NCBI GenBank assembly: GCA_010093995.1
Contig: ML992502.1
Location: forward strand, 1,584,312 to 1,648,311
Direction of reading: 5' to 3'
DNA from: Elsinoe ampelina
Taxonomy: Eukaryota
DNA length: 64,000 nt
The notes beneath the pieces were generated by a model that was not told the DNA's origin, searched no databases, and saw nothing but the letters and a program-made list of their open reading frames with translations. The translations under genes and the position numbers were made by a program. Below, one piece after another: positions 49,239 through 62,200 of the stretch; the first letter of the stretch is position 1, and every line of letters starts with the position of its first letter.

Positions 49239-51047
49239 ATGGCCGCACAACAGACGGACGTGCCTCCGCCACTACAGCACGTCCCGACGGCCAAGGAGAG
49301 GAAATATGATCGCCAACTCCGCCTCTGGGGCGCCGCAGGTCAGGCGGCACTGGAGGAAGCTCACATACTTCTCATCAATTCGGGGTCTGGAGTCACAGGA
49401 ATCGAGGCACTGAAAAATTTGATCCTACCAGGTATCGGACAGTTTACCATCCAAGACTCTGCCCTTGTCACCGAAGCAGATCTTGGTGTCAATTTCTTTC
49501 TGGAGGAAGAAAGCAGAGGGAAGCCGCGTGCTCAAGAAGCATGCAACTACCTCCTTGAGCTCAATCCTGACGTGCAAGGTCATGCCATTTCAGAAGTATC
49601 CGAGTCCTTCCCCAGCTCTTATTACTACCACTAATGCATTCAAGCCTCTAGACGCATGGATATCGTCTGGCAACGTGCTCAACCCATATACGCTCATACT
49701 AGTTTCGTCGACCATCCAGCCAAGCATACTCCATCACATCACGATTCACGCTAAGGAACATGCAATTCCAGTCTTCTACCAGCATAGCGTCGGCTTTTAT
49801 TCGCACTTCTCAATTCTTCTTCCGCCTGCTTTTCCTATTGTTGATACCCATCCAGAAGCAACTGCGACGACAGATTTGCGCTTACTCAGACCATGGCCGG
49901 CGCTGACGGAATTCGCCCGCGAGAAGACAAAGGATCTCAAAACAATGCCGGACATCGATATTGGCCATGTGCCCTACATTCTGCTATTGCTCTACTTCCT
50001 CGATGAGTGGCGCTCTGCTCATAACGGCGAGGATCCAATTTCATATAATGACAAGACGGCATTCAAAGACCTCGTGAAGTCGGCTGGGCCACTCGAAGAA
50101 GAGAATTTCGGGGAAGCTGTAGCTGCTGTGCTCAAGACCATAAACCTTCCCACACCTTCCTCCTCTGTGCTAGCAGTTCTGGATGCTCCGGAGGCACGCG
50201 ACCTGACGTCAACGTCAGCCTCTTTCTGGTTCATCGCCGCTGCTATCCACGCTTTCTACAAGAAACACAAACAACTTCCTCTTCCCGGCTCGGTGCCCGA
50301 CATGAAAGCCAGGAGTGCTGATTACATCACACTTCAAAATATCTACAAGGCCAAAGCTCGACAGGACTGTGCCGAAGTTACCGATATAGTTAGGCAGCTT
50401 GAGACGAAGGGCGGACGTTCAGAAGCAATCCCAAGCACCGAGATCGAGCAATTCTGCAAGCTTGCCGCCCACATCAAGGTCGTTCGCGGTTCTCCAAGTC
50501 CGCTTACCCATGTTTCGGAAGCTCTCGACTGGACGCTGGAGTCCGGCAAGAACCTCATCTCGAAACTGCCCAATCCGGAGTTCGGTCTCTCAGAACCAAG
50601 TCTTATCTATGTCGCATTCGTAGCTTACGACCGCTTCCTAGCGACTCATACGGGCAATTCCCTTGGTGAAATGCGCGCCCCGGGAACGATAGCAGCAGAA
50701 GTAGATGCAGATGCGGAAAAGTTGACCGGGATCGCCTTCACGGTCCTGGATGCTGCGATCAAGGCAGCTGGCACGACGGTCGAGAATCCTCAGTATGATG
50801 AAGTCAGGGCGGAACTAGGTCAGATTTGTCAAGAACTGTAAGTCATTGAGAGCCCCCCAAAAGGTTCTAGCGACTAATCACATGTAGCACGAGAGCTGCT
50901 GGTGGCGAACTTCACAACATTGCGTCCTTGACGGGTGGAATGATTGCCCAGGAAATCATCAAAGCCATTACACGCCAGTATGTTCCTGCCGACAACACCG
51001 TCGTCTTTGACGGCATCAAAAGCAAGATTGTTGCAATGAAGATATGA
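49239..51047 (+). CDS. ULA1: NEDD8-activating enzyme E1 regulatory subunit (Ula1/NAE1)
   Basis: [70 protein letters not shown]; 2 introns. Confidence 0.93.
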
Positions 51048-51219
51048 TAATCCTTCTGGTAGTTTCATGAGAGGTCATACTACCAGACCTCAGCTTGTTT
51101 GAGATGGCATGGAGTATATGGACGGCGTCCCCTGGTAGTACCATGAGGCATAATACTACCAGATCATAGCTACGAGTCGTCTGTCTACGTGGGTATCATA
51201 CAGCGTGCATACATAACCC

Positions 51220-52751
51220 TCACAATCTAGCGAGGACCTTAGCTCTTCTAACTGCTCTCTCTCTTGCTTCCGCGTTCTTCTTCTCCCACATTTGCTTTCT
51301 TCGTTCATGACCCTCGAAGAATATTTGCACCCATTCGGGGTCAAAGGGCGGTAGTTGCCGACCAGGTCCTTCTTCTCCAGCCAGCTTCCTCACAGTCTCA
51401 AAGTAGCCTTCAAAGTCCGGGGCAATGGCAGTGAAAGGCACGCTATCACCCTTCTTCTTGATCCGCTCCTCTTCCCAGCGCTCCCGCTCTTCAATCGGCG
51501 GTAGCTTCGCCCTCCCAGCCAACACCCTCGCCGCAACCACAGCTTGCCACTCAAACACTTTAAAGGTAAGCCCAGCAGCCACCTAAACATAGCCGTCAGT
51601 AACTTCCCACAAAGGCCAAGGGTCACACTTACCGCCCCAACAAACACCAAAGTCGGATCACTCCTATGAAAAACATGCAAATACAATCCCGGCACCCTAT
51701 TATTCCTCACCTCAACCTGGGGCAAAAACGGCAAACTCCACGAATACCCCGTACTCACGACCACATGATCCACCCCTTCCACCTGCGTCCCATCCTCAAA
51801 CACCACCTTCCTCCCCTCCGCCTCCACCCTCTTTATACTCGGCACCCTGGTGATCCCCGGATGCCGAAACGCCACGTCCCCGAAATACATATTCGGCCTG
51901 TGCCCCTCCACCACGGCGAAGATGGGATGTTTCGCCACCCCAAGCAGGTCGACGCACGTATCCGCTCCCGACACCGAGGCGCCGACCACCACTACTTTCT
52001 TGCCGCGGTACTTCTCTCGCCCGCGGAAGGCTTTGCTGTGCTCCACGCTGCCCGGGTGGGCGGCTTCGAACGCCGCGAGACCGGGGATGTGCGGGACGTA
52101 CGGGACCGAGTAGTGCCCGTTTGCGACGACGAGGGCGTCGAAGCGCTCTTCCCACCAGTAGTCTGTGCGGAGCCCGGGGCGGCGCAGGACGAGGACCCAT
52201 TCGTCGTTGAGCTTGGTGGCGCGTTCGACGGTGGTGTTGTACGAGATGAAGTCGGAGTAGCCGTGGCGGGTCGTTAAGGATTCGATGTAGCGTTGGATTG
52301 TTTGCCAGGGGCGGAAAGGGGTGTCGGTGCCGTGGAGGGCGATGGAGGCGGGGGAGCGTTCGGAGGGAATGGGCTCGGCGGTGAACTCCATGACGGTGGC
52401 GTCGACGTTGGTTTCGAGGTAGGGGTAGACGGGGGTTTCGGTGAAACGAGGGGTGTTGGATTTCGGGGTCTGAGCGGGGAGGGTGGAGGGGAGGGGGACG
52501 GGAGAATCGGCTGTGCGTGAGGCGAGGCGGTCGATGTCGCTGAGATGTGGATGGGGTCGCTCATCGAGAAGCCTGGTGTGTCAGTGTAGTCGTGGTCGAG
52601 GGGAGGGGAAGGTCTACCAGCATCCGCCAGCCTTCTCGCGGCGCTCGAAAACGCGGATTACATCAAAAGCCTGCTCTCGCGCGAGAGCATCGATGGCTAT
52701 AGCACCAGCCGGGCCAGCGCCGATGACAGCGACGCGCTTGACTTTGCCCAT
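51220..52751 (-). CDS. Flavin-containing monooxygenase (FMO-like, class B), C-terminal ARL
   Basis: VAVIGAGPAG, VANGHYSVP, HSKAFR, VVGASVSG, STGY, FEWQA; 2 introns. Confidence 0.92.
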
Positions 52752-53395
52752 ATTCGCAACAGGTTGAGGGAAAAGTGATGTGGTCGTGCTTCCGTAGGGA
52801 AACGAGAGAGAGCTTCAAACAGAGAAGTGAACAAACGAGCTTGGACCCTACCTCTTTCTGCACCCACTTACATACGGTTGAGCCACCGATCGTCACTCCA
52901 CCACGTGGTTGTGTTGGTTGAAATCGCTTTGCACAAAAGACGGGAGTGGTCCGAGGGTGAAGCCGCCGAAGGATATCGATAGCGGGTGGATCCGCCAAGC
53001 CCTAACTGTCACGCAATGCTCGGTATCGATCACGAATTTGTTATCTCCAACCCTTGCAGCCGCAGAGCGTCCGCTCCGTTGCTCAACTCCAACTCAAGGA
53101 CCAATCCTGTAAACTGGGTAAATTGCTAATTAGTCTAATATTCCAAGACCCTGGGCACTCCGCCTCGGGCTGCTACCGTGAGTGTTTCTGGTACCGATGC
53201 AGGGGAAACACCAGGAGGACACCGGTCAACGGAATGCCAATGGCGGCACAAGTCGAATGCAGGGCAGTGTTTGACGTGATCGTGCAGATTCGAAGGTCAA
53301 GGCGAGCGACTCCCACGTGGTAAGCTATAACAAGTGCAGCAACTTCTCCTCTTCCCTGGTAGGCCTATCTCGGTGAGATCCCTTACGTTACTGTC

Positions 53396-55008
53396 ATGGA
53401 GAAAGATGTAGATTACTCGAGTGCTGCGGAGCGAGATAGCTCCTCAGAGCTGGGCCAGTCTGTATGGAGCGAGAAGGAGGAGTTGAGAGCTAGATGGAAG
53501 TGAGTAACTACCAGAACCTCACCAGCAGACCGGGACATTGACGAGCCCAGGGTCGACACGACTGTGCTTCCGCTGTTGTTCCTCGGCTTGCTCGTCTTCC
53601 AGCTCGACCGCATGAATATTGCAAGCGCGTTGACTGGCGGGTTTGCGCAGGACATCAGAGTCAACCAGGCGACCATCAACCTTGGCAATCAGCTAATGTT
53701 CCTTGCGATTGTGATGTTCGAGATACCGTGCAATATGCTGCTGCAGAAGGTGAGGAACAGATGCGAGTACAGCTGAAGTATCCAGCTGACATTCAAAGCT
53801 TGGTCCGCGCAAGTGGATATCAGGTCAGGTCTTCACCTTTGGCTTGGTTGCTACTCTCCAGGTCTTTGTCAAGAACCGGACCGGATTTCTTGTTTCGCGA
53901 TGGTTCTTAGGAACAGCGGAGTCAGGTTACATCCCCGGCGCGATCTACACCCTGTCGACGTGGTATAAGGAGAGAGAACTGGCGAAAAGAGTGGCAATCC
54001 TGTTCTTTGGCATGTTTGGAGCAAATGCATTGAGCCCAATCCTCGCATCGGGGATTCTCATGCTTGACGACAAGCGTGGTCTGACAGGTTGGCAGTGGTT
54101 GTTCATGCGTAAGTATCCATGTCATGGTATGCGACGATCAATGCTAAATCCTACCAGTCGAAGGTCTCTTTACGATCGTTGTTGCATTCCTCCTGATCTT
54201 TGTCCTTCCTGGATCTCCTGACTCACCTGCTCCACTTCTTTCTCCAGGACTGATCCGATTCTCCGTGACAGATCAAGCCATCCTTCGTGGCAGGCTCGCT
54301 CAGGACGACCCAGAGAAACAACCTGGCGCGCAAGGCATGAAGATTCATTGGACGATTGTGCGGAACACTTTGCTGCACTATCGTCGTTGGCCTCACTACA
54401 TCTCAACCTGTGTCGTCTTCTCCACCTGGTCACCTCTCACCACCTACACGCCCTCGATCTACGTGTCTCTTGGCTTCAATCGCACCGCTGCGAATGCTCT
54501 TGCTTCGATCGGCGCTTTCGCAGCGCTGGGTGTGGTGTTCTTCTTCGCATGGCTCAGTGACCGGACCGGAAAGCGTGGTAGTGCTGTCATGGCGGCGCAC
54601 CTTTGCTATCTCATCACTCTCATTGTGGCGAGATCGGTGCAGGAAAGAGTCGGAACGTGGCAGCGATGGGCTCTGTGGACTGTCGTGAATGCTTTTGCCG
54701 TTGGCTACCATCCTGTTCAGAACACGTGGGTGCAGCTGAACTGCAAGGATCCGAGGGAGAGGAGTATCGCTATCGCCATGTGGGTCATGTTCGCGATCAG
54801 CGGTTTGATGTTTGGGACACAATATTTCCAGGCAAGTGATCTGCCATTCTATCGAACCGGATTGAGGACCATGATCATCATGGTTTCTGTTGGTCTAGTC
54901 ATGGCTGGAGTGCAAGAGGGCGTGTATTGGTGGCACAATAAGAAGGTACGGGAAGGAAGAGGGAAGACGATCCATGGCGAGACGGAGGTGAGAGTATATG
55001 TGCTGTAG
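53396..55008 (+). CDS. MFS transporter, ACS/Dal5 (allantoate permease) family
   Basis: QLDRMNIASA, FEIPCNMLLQK, ESGYIPG, WYKERELAKR, GWQWLFI/EG; 3 introns. Confidence 0.9.
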
Positions 55009-55342
55009 ACATGATACCAGAAATTGTATAAGAACACCAGATCGACTCGATGTGATTGCTGAATTACATTGATGACGATGATGATAGGAAAGTCAAGCAT
55101 GTTGTGAAGAAGGGAGTGGAATTGGGAAGACATTGGAGGCACGTGAGCAGCTCTTATCGATAAGATGTGCAGGAGAAACGCGGAACACGTGGGGCAGCGT
55201 GCAGGACGCGATCCAAAATTTTGACCCTGACTCCTCACCTCGACCAGTTTGCTCTTCACCATCTTCGGCTTTTACCCCTCTTCCGCTACTTCTGCAGCCA
55301 TTCTCAGTTGTACTTGAAGAGACACGCAATCAATTGCCTACC

Positions 55343-57031
55343 ATGACGGCCTCCAATGGCGAGGTGGCGCCCGCTCTGCCAGACCCTCCTCACAAGACCT
55401 ACGACACAATTCTCGTCCTCGATTTCGGCTCGCAGTATACTCACTTGATCACCCGCCGCTTGCGAGAACTCAGCATATACTCCGAAATGCTACCGTGCAC
55501 ACAGAAAATCTCCGAGCTCGACTTCAAGCCAAAGGGCGTCATCCTTTCTGGTGGGCCTTACTCCGTCTACGAAGACGGCGCACCGCACGTGGACCCTGCA
55601 GTCTTCGATCTCGACGTTCCCATACTTGGCATATGCTATGGTCTGCAAGAGTTGGCTTGGCATAATGGCAAGGGAGTGGCTGCTGGGACGAAGAGAGAAT
55701 ATGGACATGCTCAACTCAAGGTTACAAAGCACTCGGGCAATGAGGCCCATGTGGACAAGCTATTCGAAGGTCTCGAGGACGATCTGGTCGTGTGGATGAG
55801 TCACGGAGATAAGCTGAACGGGCTTCCTGAAGGCTTTGTGACGATTGCTGAAACGGCGAACGCACCCTTTGCTGGTGTTGCAAGTGTCAAGCAGAGATAT
55901 TACGGCATCCAATTCCACCCGGAGGTGACGCACACAAAGAAAGGTACCGCGGTGATCAAAAATTTCTCGGTGGATATTTGCGGTGCGAAGCAGAACTGGA
56001 CCATGGAGAAATTTGTAGACGAGGAGGTGAAGAGAATCCGAGCACTTGTAGGTGAGAAGGGTCAGGTCATTGGTGCTGTGAGCGGAGGTGTGGACTCGAC
56101 TGTCGCGGCGAGACTAATGCACGAGGCCATTGGCGACAGATTCCATGCCGTTCTGGTCGATAATGGTGTTCTGAGGAAGGACGAGGCGAAGACTGTGAAG
56201 AAGACACTTACTGAAGGACTCGGTATCAATCTGACAGTCGTCGATGCCAGCGAATTGTTCTTGGGACGTTTGAAGGGTGTCAAGGACGATCCAGAGAAGA
56301 AGCGTAAGATTATCGGCAACACCTTCATCGAAGTGTTCCAAGAGAAGGCGAAGGAAATCGCCGAGGCAGCAAAGGGTTCTTCAAGAGAAGGAGAGATCGA
56401 GTGGCTTTTGCAAGGAACGCTCTATCCAGATGTGATTGAGAGTATCTCCTTCAAAGGGCCGAGCGCAACGATCAAGACTCACCACAACGTCGGAGGCCTG
56501 CTCGAAGGTATGCACCTCAAGTTGATTGAGCCCCTCAGAGAGCTGTTCAAGGATGAAGTCAGGATCATGGGAACAAAGCTCGGCATACCAGAAGATTTGG
56601 TGTGGAGACACCCCTTCCCGGGCCCTGGTCTGGCGATCCGAATCATCGGTGAAGTCACACCCGAGCAGGTTCGGATAGCCCAAGAGGCTGACTACATCTT
56701 CATTGAGGAGATTCGAGCTGCCGGGCTGTACAAGGAGATCAGTCAAGCGTATGCGGCGCTGCTCCCAGTGAAGGCTGTGGGCGTGATGGGCGACAAAAGG
56801 GTACACGCACAGGTCATCGCGCTGAGGGCTGTTCAGACCACTGACTTCATGACTGCGGATATCTATCCTTTTGACATGAAGTTCCTGAGCCGAGTCAGCA
56901 CCAGAATAGTGAACGAGGTGGACGGTGTTTGCCGTGTCGTGTATGAGAGTGAGTATAAATCTTACCACAATGAGCCTATGCTAACAGTTGTAGTCACGAG
57001 TAAGCCACCGGGAACAATTGAGATGGAATAA
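55343..57031 (+). CDS. GUA1: GMP synthase (glutamine-hydrolysing)
   Basis: [50 protein letters not shown]; 45-nt in-frame intron 56949-56993. Confidence 0.97.
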   Translation: MTASNGEVAPALPDPPHKTYDTILVLDFGSQYTHLITRRLRELSIYSEMLPCTQKISELDFKPKGVILSGGPYSVYEDGAPHVDPAVFDLDVPILGICYGLQELAWHNGKGVAAGTKREYGHAQLKVTKHSGNEAHVDKLFEGLEDDLVVWMSHGDKLNGLPEGFVTIAETANAPFAGVASVKQRYYGIQFHPEVTHTKKGTAVIKNFSVDICGAKQNWTMEKFVDEEVKRIRALVGEKGQVIGAVSGGVDSTVAARLMHEAIGDRFHAVLVDNGVLRKDEAKTVKKTLTEGLGINLTVVDASELFLGRLKGVKDDPEKKRKIIGNTFIEVFQEKAKEIAEAAKGSSREGEIEWLLQGTLYPDVIESISFKGPSATIKTHHNVGGLLEGMHLKLIEPLRELFKDEVRIMGTKLGIPEDLVWRHPFPGPGLAIRIIGEVTPEQVRIAQEADYIFIEEIRAAGLYKEISQAYAALLPVKAVGVMGDKRVHAQVIALRAVQTTDFMTADIYPFDMKFLSRVSTRIVNEVDGVCRVVYESEYKSYHNEPMLTVVVTSKPPGTIEME

Positions 57032-57321
57032 GACTCCCAGTGGAAGTCGGATACATTTATCCCACGAGAAATAGAATATAGACTACACTAATGATACCCA
57101 TACTCAGCTGCATACTATCGCTCGAGACGCCGGTCTGCTGTCCAATTTGGGCTTCTTGACTTTCCTTGACACGGAAAGCACGAGGGAGAGCAAAAGCATC
57201 AAGTCGCGACTCCCCGAACAAGGACACTCTGCTTCCTTCACTTTTGTTTGCAGATTTTGAGGCTACGACATTGAACTTCAGCGGACCCTCATCACAGTCA
57301 CTGCATGACACCTCAGAAGTC

Positions 57322-58041
57322 ATGGCTCCCGCGAGGGCTAAGCAACGCCCGCAACTAATTCGTGCCGACAAAGTCACGAAACCGGTACCGAAACTTCGAG
57401 ACCAGGTCACTAGCAGAGTTACTAAGAAGCGGGCTACCACGAAACATGTCATATACGGGGTCGAGAAGCAGGTTGCGAAGCGAAACAGGAAGCCAGCAGA
57501 CCGAGGTCAGCCGGACTTACTACTTAACACTAAATCGCCCTCATCAACTGGTACATATCCTACTTGGTTAAGCAGCCTTAAACATCCGCTGAACGACTTC
57601 TCTGACAATGTACCTCCTCGTCACGAAAATCTGGGCTTATTTGAGGGACAAGAGCGAGCCCGACGAGAATCCGTCAACACGACTGAGTCAGCTGTGAAGA
57701 CAGCAAGGTTCGCAGACCTGCATGAACGAGTAATGGTTTGGGCGAGCAGAATTGAGAATGAGCCCAGTCGACCCATGTTCTCTACGGGCAGGAATGGTGG
57801 GCCTACTCAAGCAGCACAGCCGGGTCAGGATACCAGAGGTCAGGATATCAGGTTTCGTCCCAGCAAAACGATAGCGGCTCTCGACTCGGAGGAGGACGTA
57901 CCAATCCCCAGTCTATCGAGCAGTCCAGTACTTCACGAGCGATACACTGGCACTGTCAACAGAAGGAGAAGCGCCAGACTCATGGAGCGAAAGGAAGCAG
58001 CAGAGAAGTCGAAGAAGCGCAATCGTCGCAAGACTACGTGA
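57322..58041 (+). CDS. Hypothetical basic, low-complexity protein
   Basis: Open frame of ~240 codons from ATG in CATGGC context; K/R-rich NLS-like termini; no family recognised. Confidence 0.5.
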   Translation: MAPARAKQRPQLIRADKVTKPVPKLRDQVTSRVTKKRATTKHVIYGVEKQVAKRNRKPADRGQPDLLLNTKSPSSTGTYPTWLSSLKHPLNDFSDNVPPRHENLGLFEGQERARRESVNTTESAVKTARFADLHERVMVWASRIENEPSRPMFSTGRNGGPTQAAQPGQDTRGQDIRFRPSKTIAALDSEEDVPIPSLSSSPVLHERYTGTVNRRRSARLMERKEAAEKSKKRNRRKTT

Positions 58042-58356
58042 GGGCCAGACCCAGAGGAGAATTTGCTAGACATGAAACCATTATTAGGCATAGTCATCAT
58101 CAATAATTGGAGCACTTTCTCATCATACACCTCACGTCAAGGTTCCTGAAGATCCACACCGTTTTTTCCATTGCTTTGCTCCAGCTCCAGCTGTTCCTGA
58201 ACCCATCCCGTCATCACAACGTCATCGGACAGCTTCACCACGAGACTCTGAAAATGCGAAAACCATTTGATCTCTCCATCTAACAAGCAATTGAACTTCG
58301 CCGACTCTCAGATTTCCATACTTACCACTTACGACTCCTCATCAACCCCTGCAATC

Positions 58357-58864
58357 ATGTCTGGTCAAAGCAACGTCGGCAATAGCGGAGTGTACGAGGC
58401 GGGCGACCAGGTAAGTGGCCTCCACCAGCCAGCTCTGATCAGATGCTGATCAGACAAAAGAGGAACTACAAGGACAGCGAGGTCAACAACGCCGAGAGGT
58501 ACAAGGAGGGCAAGCCAAACTCGCACTTGGCCAACGACTCTAGTATCCGACCTACCTTACTCCTGTTCAAGACGTCATACTAAAAGTACCCCAGAGGATG
58601 AGAGGACCATTGCCAACAAGCTAGCTCGCGAGGAGAAGCGTGAGAAGGAAGGCGAGGAGGAGTCTCTCGAGACCCAGCAGCTCAAGAAAGACCCTACTCT
58701 GCCCGTCAGTCGCATCGTTCAAGGTCTAGTCCCAATCAAAAGCTGACACCCGACAGGCGAGAGCGCACGGCAACGAGCCTAGCAAGGGAGCGAAGATCGA
58801 TAAGGAGATCGCAGACGAGGAGGCTGAGATTCTTGCAAAGAAGGGTAGCTTTGGGCCAAAATAG
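58357..58864 (+). CDS. Small hydrophilic fungal protein of unknown function (4 exons)
   Basis: Hand-spliced MSGQSNVGNSGVYEAGDQ/RNY..NSHLANDS/KDERTIANKLA..KDPTLP/ARAHGNEPSKGAKIDKEI; three GT-AG introns keep the frame. Confidence 0.8.
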
Positions 58865-59238
58865 AGGACGCGAATAGCATTGATCGGGCGTACCGAGGCG
58901 TCGCATCTACAGCGTATCTTGAAGACCAGGAACGGGAATCTAGCTCGTGATTACATGCCAATGAAGCTGCAATCCATTGTGCTCAAGCATGATGTAGATA
59001 TTGTCCTCGTGACGGTCGTAGTTGTCGAAGAGGAGAGGGAAATTAGAAAAATGGCCGCGATGGAATCCGCAGAGCTTCCCGTCGGCTTCAATTTGCCAAG
59101 CCTGACTGTCTTTGATCACATGTCCAACTCTCCAACCTACACTTTTGCTTTTCGCACAATCACAATGGACTGACGGAAACCTGTTACAATCTGGTCTACC
59201 AGGAGATATGAACGATATATTGCCCTTGATCAACCAGA

Positions 59239-62200
59239 ATGGGTTCCGGATACAGCGTCCTGCATCCGTCTGCCGGATCCGCAGGCATCGACTCTCCAGA
59301 GGTAGCGGACCTTGAATATGAGCGCACCCTGGTGGGCGGCAGATTCCTTAAGACTATTCGAGCGCGCCACAAAGATGGTGTTGTCGTCGTCAAGGTGTAT
59401 ACCAAGCCTTTCGGATCTCTCAAATTGGATGAACGAACCCAGCAGCTCATTCACGAGCGGAGAGAACTGGCCGAAGTACCAAACGCGCTCCCATATCACC
59501 GCCTCATAGAGACCAGCACGAGCGCGTATTTAGTACGGCAGTATGTCCACAGCTCTTTGTATGATCGCATCAGCACGAACCCGCCTTTGGAAGATATTGA
59601 GCGCAAATGGATCGCGTTCCAGCTACTGTGTGCCTTGCGCGATTGTCATGCGCGTAACATCTATCATGGCGACATCAAGACGGAGAACATGCTGGTGACG
59701 TCTTGGAATTGGCTCTACCTAACAGACTTTGCTGCCTCTATCAAACCACGATTCTTGCCCGAGGACAATCCTGTGGATTTTACTCTCTTCTACGATACTA
59801 CTGTTAGACGCATCTGCTACATTGCGCCGGAACGATTCACCTCATCCGACGGTGGTGAAGCTGGAGGGCCCAAGACTCTGCAGTGGTCTATGGACATCTT
59901 CAGTGTGGGCTGTGTCATCGCAGAGCTCTTCACAGAGAAGCCGACATTCACACTGAGTCAGCTATTCCGTTACCGCAAAGGCGACTTTGACCCCTCGCAT
60001 GGCTTCCTCGCATCGATCAAGGACGACCATATCCGCGAGATGGTCACACACATGATCAGTCTCGATCCAAATGATCGATATTCAGCGCAGGAATATTTGG
60101 ATTTCTGGAAAGAAAAGGCGTTTCCATTGTATTTTTACACTTTTTTGCATCAATATACCCATCTCATGACGGATCCCACTTCAGGCCAGAAGCCTGTGGT
60201 CGCCGGCAAGAACAACACCGGCGGATCCGATGACCGGATAGACCGCATCTATAATGATTATGACAAGATTTCATACGCACTTGGCTTCGATAATGCAGCA
60301 CCAGACATTCAAGACCTACCTCCTCCCAAAACGCTCAATCTACACCTCTTCCCGATGCAGGTGGATATACCTGACAATCGACATGTCGCCGCTGACCGAG
60401 CTGGACCTGACTCCGACAATGGCGCTCTTCTCTTCTCCAACATTGTCATTGCTTCGTTGAGGAGCACAGCCCGAGCAACGTCACGCTTGAAAGGTTGCGA
60501 ACTGCTTCTCACATTCGGTGAGCATCTCACGGACGAAGCGAAGCTTGATAGGGTGCTTCCTTACGCCATGGCGCTTCTCGAAGATGATGTTCCAGCAGTC
60601 CGGATGGCGGCTCTCAGGACAATCACACAATTGCTGTCTTTGGTGACAGTCCTGTCTCCGATGAATGCCTTCATCTTTCCCCGCTACATCCTACCACGAC
60701 TTTCCAAATTTGTCTCAGGTCCCTCTTTCGTTGAGCATGCTCCAATCCGGGCGACTTACGCGGCCTGTCTGGCAGACCTAGCAAGCACAGCATCGAGGTT
60801 CCTTGATATGACGCAAGCTCTAAGAGCGGACGGATCCTTGCCGTCCATCGATCCAGAGGCTGAAGATGATGTGGCCGCTTACGCTGCGTATCAACTCTCC
60901 TACGACGTCACCAGAGAAGAGTTGGTCCAGCAGTTCGAAACTCAAACCAAGATTTTCCTGACCGACTCTGACCCAGCAGTTCGTCGAGCGTTCTTGGGGT
61001 CAGTATCTGGTCTTTGCGTGTTTTTCGGCGATAGTTTGGCGAGTGACCTCATCCTCACACATCTCAACACCTACCTTAATGACGAAGACTGGACGTTGAA
61101 GTGTGCTCTATGCGAAGCAATTGTGTGTGTAGCTGCTTTCATTGGCGGAGCAAGTTTGGAGGATTTCATCTTACCTCTGCTCATACAGGCACTGACCGAC
61201 CCTGAGGAGATGGTGACCGAGCAAGTCATTCGTTCTCTGGCCAGCATGGCAAAACTCGGGCTCTTTCAGCGATGGATCGTTCTCGAGCTTGTTTTGATCG
61301 TGACGAGATTCACTTTGCATCCTAATCACTGGATCAGAGAAGCCGCAGCACAATTTGTTGCAAGCGCAGCTTCGCAGTTATCGTATGCAGACTTCAGAAG
61401 TTTGGTGGAGCCCTTGATCAAGCCTGTACTGAAGGTCGATGTGCCCGATGCAGACGAAGTCACCGTATTGGACTCGTTGAGGAAACCACTTCCCAGGACG
61501 GCCATGGACCTTGCAAAAGTATGGGCAGCGAGGTCAGAAAAGGGCACATTCTGGAAGCCAGCTCAAAAGGCGAAGAGCTTCTCGTTCGATGCCAATAGCA
61601 ATAAGTCCTTGATAGACTTGTACCGCGGAGTCACCAGCTTGACTCCCACAAAAAGCACAAAGAGCGACGAAGACGATCAATGGATGACACGGATGCGAAA
61701 CGCTGGCATGAGGACCGAGGACGAAGCGAAGCTGCTTGCCTTGCGAGACTACATTTGGAGAGTGGTGATCCGTACCGAGAAGGAAACGCCTGACTCTTCA
61801 ACCTCACAATTCAACCAGATCGTGTCGTTGACTTCACTGAGGGTACCACTGCAAAACGTGCTCTTCGACGACGATCTCAAATACTATGATCAGATTGCCG
61901 GTAGGCAGAGTGGTGGTCAGACTGGCAAGGTTGTAACTCTTTCCGAAGCTCTAAGCGAAGCGACAACAGCCGCCGCGAGTATCAACGACGTGCGGTCTGC
62001 TGCTGGGTCGAGGACGTTGTCAAGCAAGCCCACTCCGGAGCAGCAGCGTCCCGCATCGAGCACAAACTCAGACGTTTCGCAAACTACCGCAACAGGGCGA
62101 ATGGCTTCTACTGCGCTTCGAATCGACGGCAGAGTACCAGCAGCGAGAGCAGTGTCATCGGCGGAACATTTGCTGTCATCGTCGCCAGCATCGCAAATAT

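Noticed and set aside
638..56993. Stop-free introns of 3n length read through in the ORF track (SYF1, ADH, secreted protein, GUA1)
   Set aside because: They have canonical splice signals and interrupt conserved motifs, so they are ordinary introns and not protein insertions.
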